Shown here piece after piece: positions 1 through 13,700 of a stretch of DNA of 56,647 bases. Positions within the stretch are counted from its first letter, which is position 1, and every line of letters begins with the position of its first letter. A model generated the notes under the pieces. That model worked only from the letters and a program-made list of their open reading frames with translations, made no database searches and was not told the origin of the DNA. This stretch comes from Phoronis australis (Eukaryota > Animalia > Phoronida). The stretch is from assembly GCA_002633005.1 (NCBI GenBank), contig NMRA01000257.1:534410-591056 (forward strand), given 5' to 3'. A program made the position numbers and the translations under genes.

Positions 1-1460
1 TTTTTATTTGTGCGGCGATTGTCCGTTTTTCATCTTACTATGGCCAAAAACATGATGCAATTAGCAATTGAAAACTTCATATTTATATGTAAAGTTCAGT
101 CTTCAAAGGTGAAGAACAGAAAATTTAATGGGTGAAATGTACGGACTCGAAAATGTGAAAGCTTGGATTATTGCCAGGTTGTTGCACGTGCAATGAACAT
201 TACCTGTGTTAGCAAGGTGACAGCTAGCGTTTGTGTCGATGAATGGTCAAACCTAGCATTTTCAGGATATAAACTGTTGAGCATGGGCGTTTATTTGTTG
301 TTCTCTCTTTGTTATTCACCCCGTCATTACTTTCACAAGTTGAATCTCTCCAATGGTGAGGTCGGTCCTTCAAATGGGCTTTGCGAGCTCCATACCTGAT
401 GATAAGTTCTGATTCTGCCCATTAGGCAAATCATTCGCCATTAGGATTTCCACGCATGCGCACGACTAAGCATGCATTGCTTACATGTACCTCAGAGTAT
501 CCAGCTACGTCTTCGGCACGTAGAGGCTTGATGGCGCCGTCACGGATTGCAGTAAGCTAGTTGCTTTTCATGGGCTGCATGTGCTGGATAAAATAATTGC
601 AGTTGTAAACCAACAGGCCTATTTAGCGTTCGAGTTTCAAAGTCAAAAACCTAAAATAAGCAATGAAAACGACCAACATGACTGTTTTTAGAATTCACAA
701 GTAAATAATGGTCGTCTTAATTTTTTTGAAATAGATGACAAATTAGCGAATAGGATGTCATCAGTATCGCGGATAAGCCTATGTGTGACAAATACTACGC
801 TAACGTTTGGGGTTTTGTTACCCCCAACACCTGAGAGATCCTAAACGTGATTGTGAATGTAACCCGTCAGAATCGATTCACAAATTAAAACTCGTTGCTT
901 AGCCTCAATTTGCTACCTTAGAAGAGGTGCTTGGAGCTGTACGTGGCTTGCGTGTTGCGCAAACTGGCAAAGAACTGCACGTAAACTGGAGTCATCCTCG
1001 TGACGATGGGTGTCAAATACAAGGTTACGAATGGAAATTCCGATTGTTACGGCAAGGTAACTGCACGAACTCTTCAGTTGACGTAGCGGAATGAATAGTC
1101 CAAGAAAAATCAAACCCGTCTGTCATTGTGCCTTATGTTTTAAGTTAATCGCTCTATGAGATGACTGTCAGACCTGTCGGGCCCACTCTTCGAGGGAAAG
1201 ACCATAGCCGACAATATACCATTTCACACACAGGTACATATGGTGTCTCTATGATCAGCTTCCACAATTACTGTCGCCATGACAACGCATTGCTTCATTT
1301 ACCCGCTTGAGTGTTACTTCCCGTTTGCTTCTGCTTTTGCATAATTATTTGAGCCAAAGGTTTGATCCTACGCACATTAATTCACCTCAGTTTATACATG
1401 TAACATACAAAATGTAATTATCTTTCCGTGGCTTCCTGCAACATATTTTCGGTTTTACAG

Positions 1461-1760
1461 CACCGTCAGCACCGCCTGAAAACTCAAATGTGGTTACACG
1501 GAATACGTCACTGTCCATCTCATGGAGGGAAGTCGAATGTGTTAAAAGAAATGGAGAAGTCAATAGCTACAGATATCAAATACGCAACGACAAAGGTCCG
1601 TGTGTTGTGGCTAAAGACTTTGTCAATGAAACAGTTAGTCATGAGGTTACTTTCAGGAAGCTAACACCGTACTCTACGTATGCATTCAGAGTTCAAGCGA
1701 TGGTAGGGGAGCTGGCTGGTCCGTGGACTGCGTGGACTAGTGTGACAACAAACCAAAGTG
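1461..1760 (+). CDS. Gene 1 exon: FN3 domain
   Basis: ttttacag|..|gtaagt; [29 protein letters not shown]. Confidence 0.9.
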
Positions 1761-4700
1761 GTAAGTTGGAATGGCGTCTGTTGGCTGCATATCGATTGAC
1801 AAAATGCCACTAAAGATGGCGCTTTGGAACTTACATACTTAGAGTAGGAATGTGCTTCGAATGTTCAGGGGTTCAGTTGCTTTGATAAAGGGAAAGGACC
1901 TGAAGATGGTATCAGAATCTCTGAGCTGACGTCGTGAGGTATACGTAAAGCCTATCATTAACTAGTTTAAGCTATTGGTGGGTTTGTAAGTCTAAAATTT
2001 TGTTCAATAGTACCTGTGAAATATCGAGTTAACCACTCCTAACATTTGAGAATTGTTTCCTTTTACTTATATATACTGACTACGATGATTTACAACGTCA
2101 GTAGCCTCTGTGATTCCTTAGTTTTAAGCGATACCTGTAAGATATAATTTTAAAATTCAAAAATCTTGTCGAATAGGCTGTACCTATTGTCATATCACCA
2201 AGTCAAACTATGTTTGTTCATGTTTATGTTCATTCATTTAAAACTGTTGTAACTGCAGCCCGTTCAGTCCTGGAAGTTCTTTTTTTCATTTCATTCCAGA
2301 AGCACCTTTTGCAGTCGCTTTAATTGGTACGGTTGCTGTAGCTGTGTAGTACGCAACTATTTATGAACTCAAAATAACCCTTTGTTGAACTACTCAAGTG
2401 ATACGTTTCTGGTCAATTTACAGCGTTATGAGTAATTTCAAAGATATTTGGAGCCTTCTTTGTTGATTTTTATAACACGAAATAAACAATTTTTCAAACC
2501 GGAATTGTGACGTCTGAGAAATATCTACAATGCAAACATTGGCTGAACTAGACCAATTATACAGATCTAGACGAAGCAACCATATGTAGTGGCCTTGAAG
2601 TCTTCACCGAGTACCAGTCAAATGCCTGTTTACCTGGTTCAATCGGCCAACGTAATCTTGAAGCTCAGCTACTGAGTATCAGGACGGATAAATAATTATC
2701 AGTTTGTTGCGTCGTTGCTAAAGTCAAATGGCTAATTGGTAGCTGTACGGCTATGAATTGAAAATCTGCACGCATCTTAGCCATTGACCAAACTTATATG
2801 GTCTGGATTGCATAGTAAGAACTTAACGGTAGCAATGTATCTTGTGGAGATATGACTTCGTTGTGGCTATCCAGCTTAAAAATTTTATGCAACCTAGTCC
2901 AAAATGAAAAATAAAACACAGCTTACTAGAGCCGACTGGAATTTTTGAAATTTCCTCACTGCGTCAAACTTATAGTTTGAGCACTTGCTGTCTTACATGT
3001 ATCATCTCAATAGAATTCGATTACAATCTTTCAAAATACCATTGACATTACTTATACATGTATTGTATAAAATTTACGTGCGCGTCTCCATGAACTCTAT
3101 TATCCCTTTTAAGCATTTCTGAAACGAAGCAAACAGACCAGCAGTCTGCTGTTTGCAACTGATCTCAACTATTAGCCTGTTACCCGTTTTTCACCAATGA
3201 TATAATTATGTTCTTTACCCCGTAACGCTTCAACTATTCTGTTTTTCTCATCGCAGTACCCCCAGCACCGTCCAATCTCAAAGTACTGGACAAAAATCCT
3301 AAGGCGTTCAAGCTTTCTTGGAACGCACCTTGTCCACCGCGAGGAAAGATTCTTCTATATCTTGTTTCCTATGAGATTACCAACCAGTCGGGTAATGGTA
3401 TTTGTGAGATGCTGGAGACGTCCACAGGTTGTGGAAACAACACCTGCGAAAACTGTACGGAGATTACGCTCCAGACTCTTCGCCCTGACGCGAGATACAT
3501 GTTCCGGGTAGGTGGGTTCTTAGAAAAGATGGCAGATGAAGCCGGGCATACAGTGTGACACTTTAAATAACAGTGATGTGCATTTACTTTGATCCATACA
3601 CAAAGCGGTTGCTCTTTGTACGGAGTAGAATGAAGGAGCATTAGAAACGCGTTAAGAAAGCTTCCTAAAAGCAATATTTCTGTCGAAGCTCATTGGGTCC
3701 CATGTTATTATACATGTGCTGTCGACAAGTGGAAACGGTACCACACATTGACGTCATATGTTGTTGTTATTTCACCGTAGGTTGTCAACAGTTTACACAG
3801 TCCTGCTTTAAAGTTGTTCGAGGTATCGCCCCAAGTTTACAATGTTTTTATATGTCGTGTTCAGCTCTGCCCCCTATTGTCCCTTTTACAGGTTAAAGCA
3901 CGAACCGTTGGTTGGGGTGAATGGAGCAACATCATTGAGGAGACAACGAACGAACTTGGTGAATGTTTATAACTTGCAGTTGTTCTCAAAATAAACTGGA
4001 AATTGTCAACATTCGACGGCGTTGCTACGCACAAAGCTACTGATAAACATTTGGTTTCTCTTTGACAAGAGTTTGAGCACTTTGTCGAAATGCAACCGAT
4101 GACATCCAAATCCTGGTATTCACAAATAACGAGGCTGAGCGCAATGTTGCTCATTTAAACTGCTTGAACATCTCAAAAATATTGTTTATGGTGACAAAGG
4201 TTCGAATAATGGGTCAAATACTTTGTTCACATTTGTCAGAATCTGACACAATTCAATGGTCGCCATTTCAGATGGTAACTGGGAAACAGTAATAAATAAT
4301 ACTATATCTTTTGAGCTTTTATGATAAGACGGAAAAACAAGGCTTTCAGAATTGGGTAGACGACTACTAATGTCACATAACGACTGACCGACTTAGCAGT
4401 AGTTCATTAACACTTTAAGATGTTCTTTGTCTTGCGTTGCATTGCATTATATTGTATTGTATTTCAGCTCCCGGTGAACCTGCATCTTTGACCTGCTTGA
4501 CACCTCTAAAGCAGTCCTCCATTTCCTTAAAGTGGTCTGAACCCCTTGTCACCAATGGAAAAATTACAAACTATACGGTAACTCACTAATGAAACACAGT
4601 TATTCTTATCTTTGTGCTTTTACGTGTATTTATACAAAGTTAAAGTTCTTGACTGTAATGATCTTGAGCAAAATCGATTTTAAATTTTCTTTTGATGACT

Positions 4701-7700
4701 CTCTTTGATCAAAACGTTTCCAATAGAGACATGTAAGGGACTTGATCTGCATCATTCAGAACAACTTGTGTTTCTGTAGCCTCATATTTCCCCTTAAAGA
4801 TGGATAAAATTTGCATGTGTGCGAACTTCAGTCACCGGCCCTTGGCCAATCATGCACCAGTTTGAAAGTCACGTGACTTCTATACGACTGAAATCCACAC
4901 ATAAACGGATAATGTTCATCGTTTAGGATTCTACAATACCTGAGGTTTCCGGACGGAAGAGTAGGAGTGTGTAAAAGTACATGCGCAACGGGGCTCGCTT
5001 TTCTTGCTGTTCCTTGTATCCGTGGTTTGGGTCAATGCATATGCTGTCACTTCAATGTATGTGATGTATTGGTGAGCAGATCTGACGGCAAAACCTTCCA
5101 CGGGCGACACGTTACAACTTAGGGAAATCAATGTACGGATACTTTGCTGCATGCATGAATTAACAATGTTATGAATGGCAATTTCAGGTAAAATTGCAGT
5201 CGCATCAAAAACGTCAGCAGCCGACCCAAAATCTCAACACAGATTTATCAGACCTTACTGCTGGTAGGTCTTACAAGATTTTCGTATATGCGTTCACGTC
5301 AGTCGGGGAAGGACCACCTGCGAGAATAACGTGTTGGACTTCACTGCCAGGTAAAGCCCCAGCAGCAATAAACTTTGAACCGTGTGCTCAATTTGCATTG
5401 TGAGCTTCAAATGTAATTGTTTTTTTTCAAAAACGCCTGACTATGTGCACGTTGTTCTATATTTTATAGTTGACTACGGTGTTTGGTATCGTTGGCCAGA
5501 AAGTGATCTACGTCCATTACTCATGCGCGCACCCACGGGGCGTAATGGGCAAATTGGAGAATCGAATACTTCGAAAAAGTAGAAAACGAGACAAAAGTAT
5601 GTTAAAAGGCATAAACTATCAACACTCGGCAAGTGTACAATCCATAGCCCGTAAACCTTAGCAAAAGGTCCACACTGTCAAAAATTCGAGCAACCCCCAT
5701 TTCTAGGCGGGGTGCGCGCATGTACTACATACAAAATCTCCAAACTCTTTTTGAAATGCGACAGACAGACAGACGAAACTATCTGAATAATCATGCGTTA
5801 GAGAGACGCATATAGCTTATCATATTGCAAAGCTGTGATTTCCGGTATCTAGACACCTACTTGGATTTTGAGGAATTATCATCCTCGGAGCGGTAATTCC
5901 TCCAAATCTTAGTCATGGTATAGACACGGGAAGTAGCCGTGACTGCCTAGGACGTATACTATTACACACTTTGAATGATAAAATTCATAAACTTTACAAA
6001 ACAAATCATAAAGCGTGACCTTCGTGGGACTTGATTTTGGTCACCCCTATAGTTAGCACTGCGGGTCTTTCAAAATGGGATATGACCAGGCATTTCTATT
6101 CATATTTGCAGGTCCAAATCGTGGACTAGTAGTACCAGGCACTTCATCAGTAAACATTCCGATATCGCAGCGTGTCTATCACGTTTCCCTGCAAAATTAT
6201 TTGTTAAACACGAGAAATAACTATTAAACTATTTAAGCTTTCGAGCTATAAATTCCTATTTCGAAGTTGAAGAATGCACTTAAAGACAGCTCATACTTCC
6301 ATATTTTCCTCTACTACAGAAAAACAAATTTAATTTTTTTCAAAACTTTGGTGAAGGAAGGCAAACCTAATTGTTACTCGATCACGTGATCATCTTGTTT
6401 TCAAGCCTGTACATAGGGATAGGTTTAGGAGTGTGCCCTGTGTCATTTGTGCAAAAAATTATTTCATTACCGCTCTGGGATTGTTTAGCTCCGACCAAGG
6501 GTCTAATAAAAATTTTAAGCGAAAATGGGCAAACAACAAGCATGGCTGGAGGTCTTCCAAATTGGCCCATAAATTTGACGCCGTCTGGATCAATTTGCCA
6601 TACCCACGTTTTTCTAAGTTTATCCTTGCTTTTCTATTGCGCTACCCGCATCCGGATTCGACTCTACAAAAGCCGTTTTTTAATATTTGTTTTTAAATAA
6701 CATAAAATACAAGCTTCCACGTGAATGCACACTGTCATAAGACATTGCAGGTCCCACCATTATACAAATGTTGGGTTTCTAAATGCTAATTGTCCGTTGT
6801 ATAACCGTGGTATATCTTTCCCAATATACATGTATATTGGCTGTTCCTTTGTCTATTTTGGCCCGACATTTGTTCAGCATTTCTCCTTTGCATAAAACTG
6901 TAGATTACAATTATTTTTTCCAGATATCCCAAAGATTCACATACCTAAAATTAAAGAGGATGATATGACCGACCACAGCGTTAAGGTGCAGCTGGTGCCT
7001 CCGAGCGATTATCCAAACGTACACGACATCAAGTAAGGAATTTGGGTACATTTTATCCAGAAAATGTGTTACGACCGGTCGCACCGGAGACGGTATTAAG
7101 CACGTTTTACAGTCGAACACGTCGCCGTTTGTTTTATGAAATTTAAACGTTGCAAGGGATGTAAAAATGCTAGTCTTTGCTTAATCAGAATTAAACGTGC
7201 TCGACACAGACTGCCAAATTAAAAGGGGTTTGCTACATGTTTTAATTGACGATAATTTTTTAAATTTCAAGGTTTAGGTGTCTACACAAAAATTTCACTT
7301 TTGTTTTTTTTTTGTTACATTTTGATTTTCTAGGAAACGACAAGCAATTCGAAGGTTTCCTTCTATATTTGTTTGTACGGTTGTATAGAAAACATAATAA
7401 AATCCCAAAATATGCAGTTTCCACTATTGTACCTCACTGTTCGTTTGAAGGTCAAGACAATTCAGTTCAACGCACTAACATTTGAGACGAATTAGCTTAC
7501 GCCTACTCAGGAAGTTAAGTAAACGCTGTTTAGGACAAATATCATCAACACAATGAATTTACATTCGTAATAGTATTTATAATATGAATGTTTTAACCAT
7601 GTAGAATAGGATATCTGGCGATTATATCAATGTACCAATTAATTGGGCCGAGTCGCTTTCTTTTTTAGAAAAATTAAGAAAAAATAACAGGTTAATTCAC

Positions 7701-10700
7701 AGGAAACCGACATGTAAATTCCTTTTGAAGAAATGATATCAAAAAGCTGTTGCAGTTTCCTTGTTGATGATTGCTTTTTATGCGCCTACATATTTATATG
7801 TGGACGCATTATGCCGTCATCTCCGTCCGTCCCTCCGTCCGACCGTCCGTCCGTCCGGCGTCCGGCGTCCGCTGCTCTATCTCCAAAACCCTTTGACATA
7901 CGTTCATGAAATTTAGCACATATGTTCCATTCATGAATCGGACGGCATGGGCGAACCTTCTGACGGATCCGACTACCGGTGTGCCCCCTAGTGGCAATTT
8001 TAGTTTTTTACGCTTACCTTTGTATCTTCCAAAGTCCTGATCGGATTTTCATGAAATTTAGTATGTAATCACCTATCAGTAAGATGACGCTATCCTCCCG
8101 TTTTCGGATGGATTCGACGTAGTTTACGCCACGTAGTGGCCATTTTTACTGTTTTTGAGTCTGTTTTTTGCGTCCACCCCTCTATCAGCCAAATAGCTCA
8201 AAGGATGAATGTGAAAATTGGCATGTATGTGCTTGCTATAAGGAGGACGGTTGACGATGATTTTCCGACGATTTCGACTACTGTGGCGCCTCCTAGTGGC
8301 AGTTTTGTTTTTGTTGCGCCAATGGCTGTATCTCCTAAACCGTTTGCATGATTTTTACTTAAGTTAGCATGTGTATTTATATGATGTTGACTAGGAATGT
8401 CGACAACTTTCGAGCAGATCTGACTACTGCTGTGCCCCCCAGTGGCAATTTTAGTTTTTAACGTTTAACACAGTATCTTCAAAGGTCCTCAACAAATTTT
8501 CATGAATTTTTTATATAGGCATCTATTGGTGTGATGACGCTATCTTCCTGTTTTTGGATGGTATTTTGCACCACCTAATGGCCATTTTTTGCTGTTTTCA
8601 AATCTTGTTTTTGGTGTCCACCCCTTTGTCAACCAAATCATTTGAAAATTGGCATATAATGTTCTCAGTGTGAAGACGACCTTTCATGATGGTGACTGAC
8701 TGCTGTGACGCCTCCTAGTGGTAGTTTTGTTTTGCGCCCAAAGTTGTTTCTCCTAAACCCACTGCAGGATATTTACTAAATTTAGTAAGTGTATTTATAT
8801 GAAAATAACAACAGACGACGAGGACTTTCAGGTGGATCCAACGGACACTGTGCCCACTAGTGGCAATTTCATTTATTCTCTTTTTCTTTGTTTCTCTGAA
8901 GTTTCTTGACATATTTTTATGAAATATGGCATGTTCCTGTTTTCGGATGGATTGTATGTTTTTTCGCCATCTAGTGGCCATTTTTATGATACAAATAAAT
9001 AAATAACCCTAAAAGCACATCATTTGCAATGCATTCGTGGGCGCATTTCAACGGTCCGCGCTGCTCTTGTAATCAAACTTTGTTGTTTTTTGATAACTGT
9101 ATAACAGTCTTATTTTTGAAATCCACTTATTCTAAAGTGTCCATTTTGAAGTCAATTCCCAATATTGTTTTGTAAAGAAGTACTTAAAACCTAGTATCTG
9201 AAAGTTTCAGTGGAATCTGATCACTCATTTTTGACATAAAGGTTGTTCCAACGTTGACCAAATCTGCCTATTAGTCTAGGGTCGTACATAACCTTAAACA
9301 TCTGAATTAAGCCAGCGCCCCATGCATTTCGTCTGTCCTCAAAGGTTGGTGCTGTTTTACAAATGCTACAAACCTTGAGTAATAGGCATTTTGGGAAAGG
9401 ACGCTTCTTTTAAATGACGAAATGAGGAAGCATTTGTATTCGAAAACTTGGATTTATGTTTCAGGTTTTATCTCATAGTTGTCGAGAGAATGAATTTGTT
9501 GCCTATGCGACGACGAAGGTCTGTTAACTTGGACAGTGGTTCTTTGAAGGGGTACTCTGACTCAGCGCAAAAGTACATTGCAGCAAATATTACGACTTTA
9601 GAAGGAGAACTGTCGCTTGTAATCGGAGACGGACAGGAATCCAACGGTTACAGAAATCAGGAGTTAAAAACTGGGAAGCAATACCGATTCATCTTCGGTT
9701 TTGTTATCGAAAATGGAGGCGTAAGTTTTCAGACAGGTTCTGCTTATTCTGATTGGTTTAGTCAACTTACATGTACATGTATGAAACATTGGTATTGTTT
9801 GTGGTTGTAAGTAAAGGTTACCTCTACAGCTTTAGAAATCATTCTGGTCAAGTTGCCTATCTCTCAACTCCACCTTACTTCGACATGTTTGCCTTTCCTT
9901 CTCATTGATTCAGGACAAGAAAGAGCATTACCAGTATATACCGTTTGAGGGCGTGGCTGAGGAGGAGGCTTTCACAGGTACAGATATGTAGATTGTGTTG
10001 AAGGTGGTACTCAACAGTTTGTCTGGTTTGAGGCCAGAAAAAACATGTCTTGGTAGCTTCAACACTCGTTTCCACAGAATGTGCAACAACTGGAAATAAA
10101 CAATATTCTGGTGCAAAAATTCCATTGAAACTGAATCCATGTGAAGCACTTGATTATTTACGACTACCGCAAATCAGTTCTCACGCCAAATCCACTATTC
10201 CATGCGATTACTACAGATTGAGAAATGAAGCATTCAGACTAAAAAAACCCTCGAAATTATAGAAATTTCATTTTACTTAACTACTTAACTTTTTTCTAAA
10301 CTTTTTTGTTCTTTTTTTTCTTCGGCGACGTCTTTCACTTGCGTAATTCCGTCTGCTTTTTCCTGTTTTTGGGATACTGTTTGGTTTCCACGGAAACCGC
10401 AGACACCTGTTCCCAGTGATTGAAGTAACTATATGTTAAGCCCCTTTTTGCTTACATTGATCGGATATTTGCAATTGGAACGTGGTTATTCCCGAGGGAA
10501 GACAATATAATGCGTCATCGCCAAAATAATCTTAATACGACAGTGCACGTGAGGAGAGCAAACACAGTTCGTCAATCATTTTCTCTTCAGTGACGCAGGG
10601 CGCGGCCCATATAATATACCTGCTCACCAACTCTGTTTTATTGGTACTGTACATGAGGCCCGGCCATCGATACATTTATTGGGACTGATTCATGTTTTGA

Positions 10701-13700
10701 TAATTGATTCGTGACTCAACCGTTTACGGTATTAGTGTTTTAGTGAATTATATTTACACTTAGCATGCCTGCAGTAACTCACAATGTAATAATAGAGCCG
10801 CTGCTTTAGTTTGGTGTATTTGTACCTTATGAAGCAGATGGCAAAGGGTATTTTTTGAATTATCGACATTGCGTTTCAACTGTTACACCCAATGCATTAC
10901 AGTTTCCATCCCCAAACCTGCCTTCAGTATCAGCTCTCTTTATAGTGAAAAATTGGAAAAAAGAACGCGAAAACACCACTATTGGCGCCGTAATTGGCTC
11001 CGTAGCAGCAATCATTTTTGTAATGGCGATCGCCGGCTTCGTGTTTTATAGGTAAGCAAAAACACTCGTCCAATATGCGCGCTTGTATGTTCTTCATAAC
11101 GTACCCAAGTGATTCTCGCATTACGCAACCATCTTCTTCGCTTCTTTGACCCCTCTGATATCCAAAGACATCGGCGTTTATGGTGAAAAGTCGTCAAGTA
11201 AATCTCTGTAGAAACTTGTGAGATTCCTTAGTTCTTACATTTCGTGCAGTATTATAACTTACCAAGCATTTCTATCGTTGAGCTATTGTAAACATTATAT
11301 ACCACGAAATTCAAATTTGACCACTGCCCCATCAATCGCATTATATTCAGGTTCCCATTCACTCCTTGTATACGCTCACTAATAATACCCAGCTTGGAGG
11401 AGTAGGAGGCACCTTTGTGCGATATTCGATTGTCTGCTAGTAAAGCAAGCATTCAAACCCCAGTCAAACGGGAATCCGGAGCTCAAACCACCGATCCACA
11501 CAGTCTTTGTCCAGCATGAGATCAAAACATTAATGAAACCGAAGCATGAATATCTTAGTTCTCCTTTAAAAAACATGGCTCCTTTCATGTCCTCGATCCT
11601 TTATCGTCAATTTGTAGGAGACGACGAGTAAACAAGAAACCTTCATCTGAGGAGCTGGTGATGGATGACATCTCAGCAATTGAAAACACAAGTTCACGTT
11701 AGTTAAGTTTGGTATATTGTCCTTTATGTTATTTAATTTTGTGTGTATTTCTCTTCACGATTCGATGGCGTTATGTAAAATTGAACTTCTCCTTGTGTGT
11801 ACATATTCGATAGTGGACGGCATGTCTATATACACTGTATAAGCTGTATTTTCGTTTTATTAGATTTTATTTGCCATATTTCTTGGAAAGACCTTCAGTA
11901 TCTCCATGATATCCGCTGCCACTCGAGTGTCTAGTTGAATTTCAGTGTGATTGCCGTCATATTTTCTACATTTCCATTGTATTCTTCTATCCAGCAACGT
12001 CCAACAAATACGAGGAAGCTGCCCAAGGTCCGGTTGTTAGAACCAAAAAGAAACCGGTGGCGCCACCTAAAGCAATCTCTCCAGCACCACCCGCAGAGCC
12101 AGTGTATTCCAACTTCACAAAACCAATCTCCGTCAACGAATTAGATTCTTATGTAGCGAAGCGATTGAGCGATGGCGATCTTGCAGAGGAATATAAAGTG
12201 GGTTGCTGTATTTTCATTTTGTTGAGAAAGTGGTAAAAGATAATCTCAGCAAAAAACAGTCATAAAGATGTATATATAGGCCTTGTATTAAATGTGTGTG
12301 TGTGACTATGTGGGTTTGCATGTGTGTGCGTGCGTGTGCGTGCGTGCGCGTGTGCGTTCGTGCGCGTGGGTGCGTGCATGTGTTCGTACATGTGTGTGTG
12401 TGTTTACGTTTGTGTCTGTGTGTGTGTGCTTCAAAGACAAGAATTAAAAGTTATTTAACTGAAGACCACCGTACTTTACAACGCAAGTGAAATGAAAATA
12501 TGAAACCCAAGATAATCACTATTTGCTATTCATTGATGGAGCATAGTTGAAAGACTGCCTTATGATACCAATGGCATGATTAGGTCAATGAAACTGACGC
12601 GTCAGTACAATTTGTGAGAAAAACAGAACATCGTAACATTGTTCTACTCTGAAATCCTGGGCTTGTTCAGCAATGCTGGTCGCTTAGACACCTGCAGACA
12701 TTTGCAGGGTTGAAATCTTTGTTCTTTAGCACAACAGGATACTTTTTCTATCAATTCTACAAATCTAACTTTTAGGCACATTTTAACCCCCTTGTTTTGG
12801 GGGTTTTACACTTACCAGAACTTTTCAGGAATATCCCTTATATCCGTCTATTCTAATACAACATTTTTATCGTTTTAGAGTTTGCCAAGTGGCCTTATTT
12901 TTCCCAGAAGTGTTGCCTTGAAAGATGACAACAAAAAGAAAAATCGTTTTACCAATATTTTGCCGTGTACGTATATACTAACTTAACTCTGATCGAAGTA
13001 ACTTCAAATCATCTCAAATTTTAAAAAGTGGGACATTTTTCTTAGATAAGTATCTGTGTGTTTCCACATCTTACACAGACATAAACTCGATATATTTATT
13101 TTCTCCTTAACATTTACAGATAACAAAAACCGTGTGATTCTTGAAAAGATACCGTCCGAACCAAATTCAGACTATATCAACGCTAGCTACATCGACGGTT
13201 ACAAGAAACCTCAGGCCTTCATTGCTGCCATGGGTAAGCTCCCTTTAAAAGAGCATGCACATGTATATCCACTGGTGCATATTGACCAAAAGATTAGAAA
13301 AAAGTACTTGCTATCCTTACCACATGTATGTTTTTCTAGGCCCGAATCGCCACACTGTAGAGGACTTTTGGAGGATGGTTTGGCAAGAAAACGTAAATAG
13401 GATTGTTATGTTGACTAACCCTGTGGAAAGCCGCAAGGTGAGTAGTTTGTTTACTGCAATTACGATCATAGAGTATTATTGTTTTAAGTCACGTAACGTC
13501 GATTAATCAATAAAATGCAAAATTGAAAGCCGAATCTGCAGGTGAGCTCTTTGGTCTACATGTTACTCCTTCCTGTTGCTTTTTAAACTCTTTCTGTTAT
13601 CCCATTCATTTTAAGAGAAAATGTGAAGTGTATTGGCCAGACTCCCACGAAGTAGAAAGGTATGGCGACATCAACGTCACGTTGACTGGCAAAGAGACAA

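Noticed and set aside
7268-9297. Possible older TTAA-type MITE surrounding the Helentron-like element
   Set aside because: The terminal match is too short and degenerate to support by eye.
10903-10945. Alternative upstream acceptor for the TM exon
   Set aside because: It puts the TM segment out of frame given the phase-1 donor at 9977.
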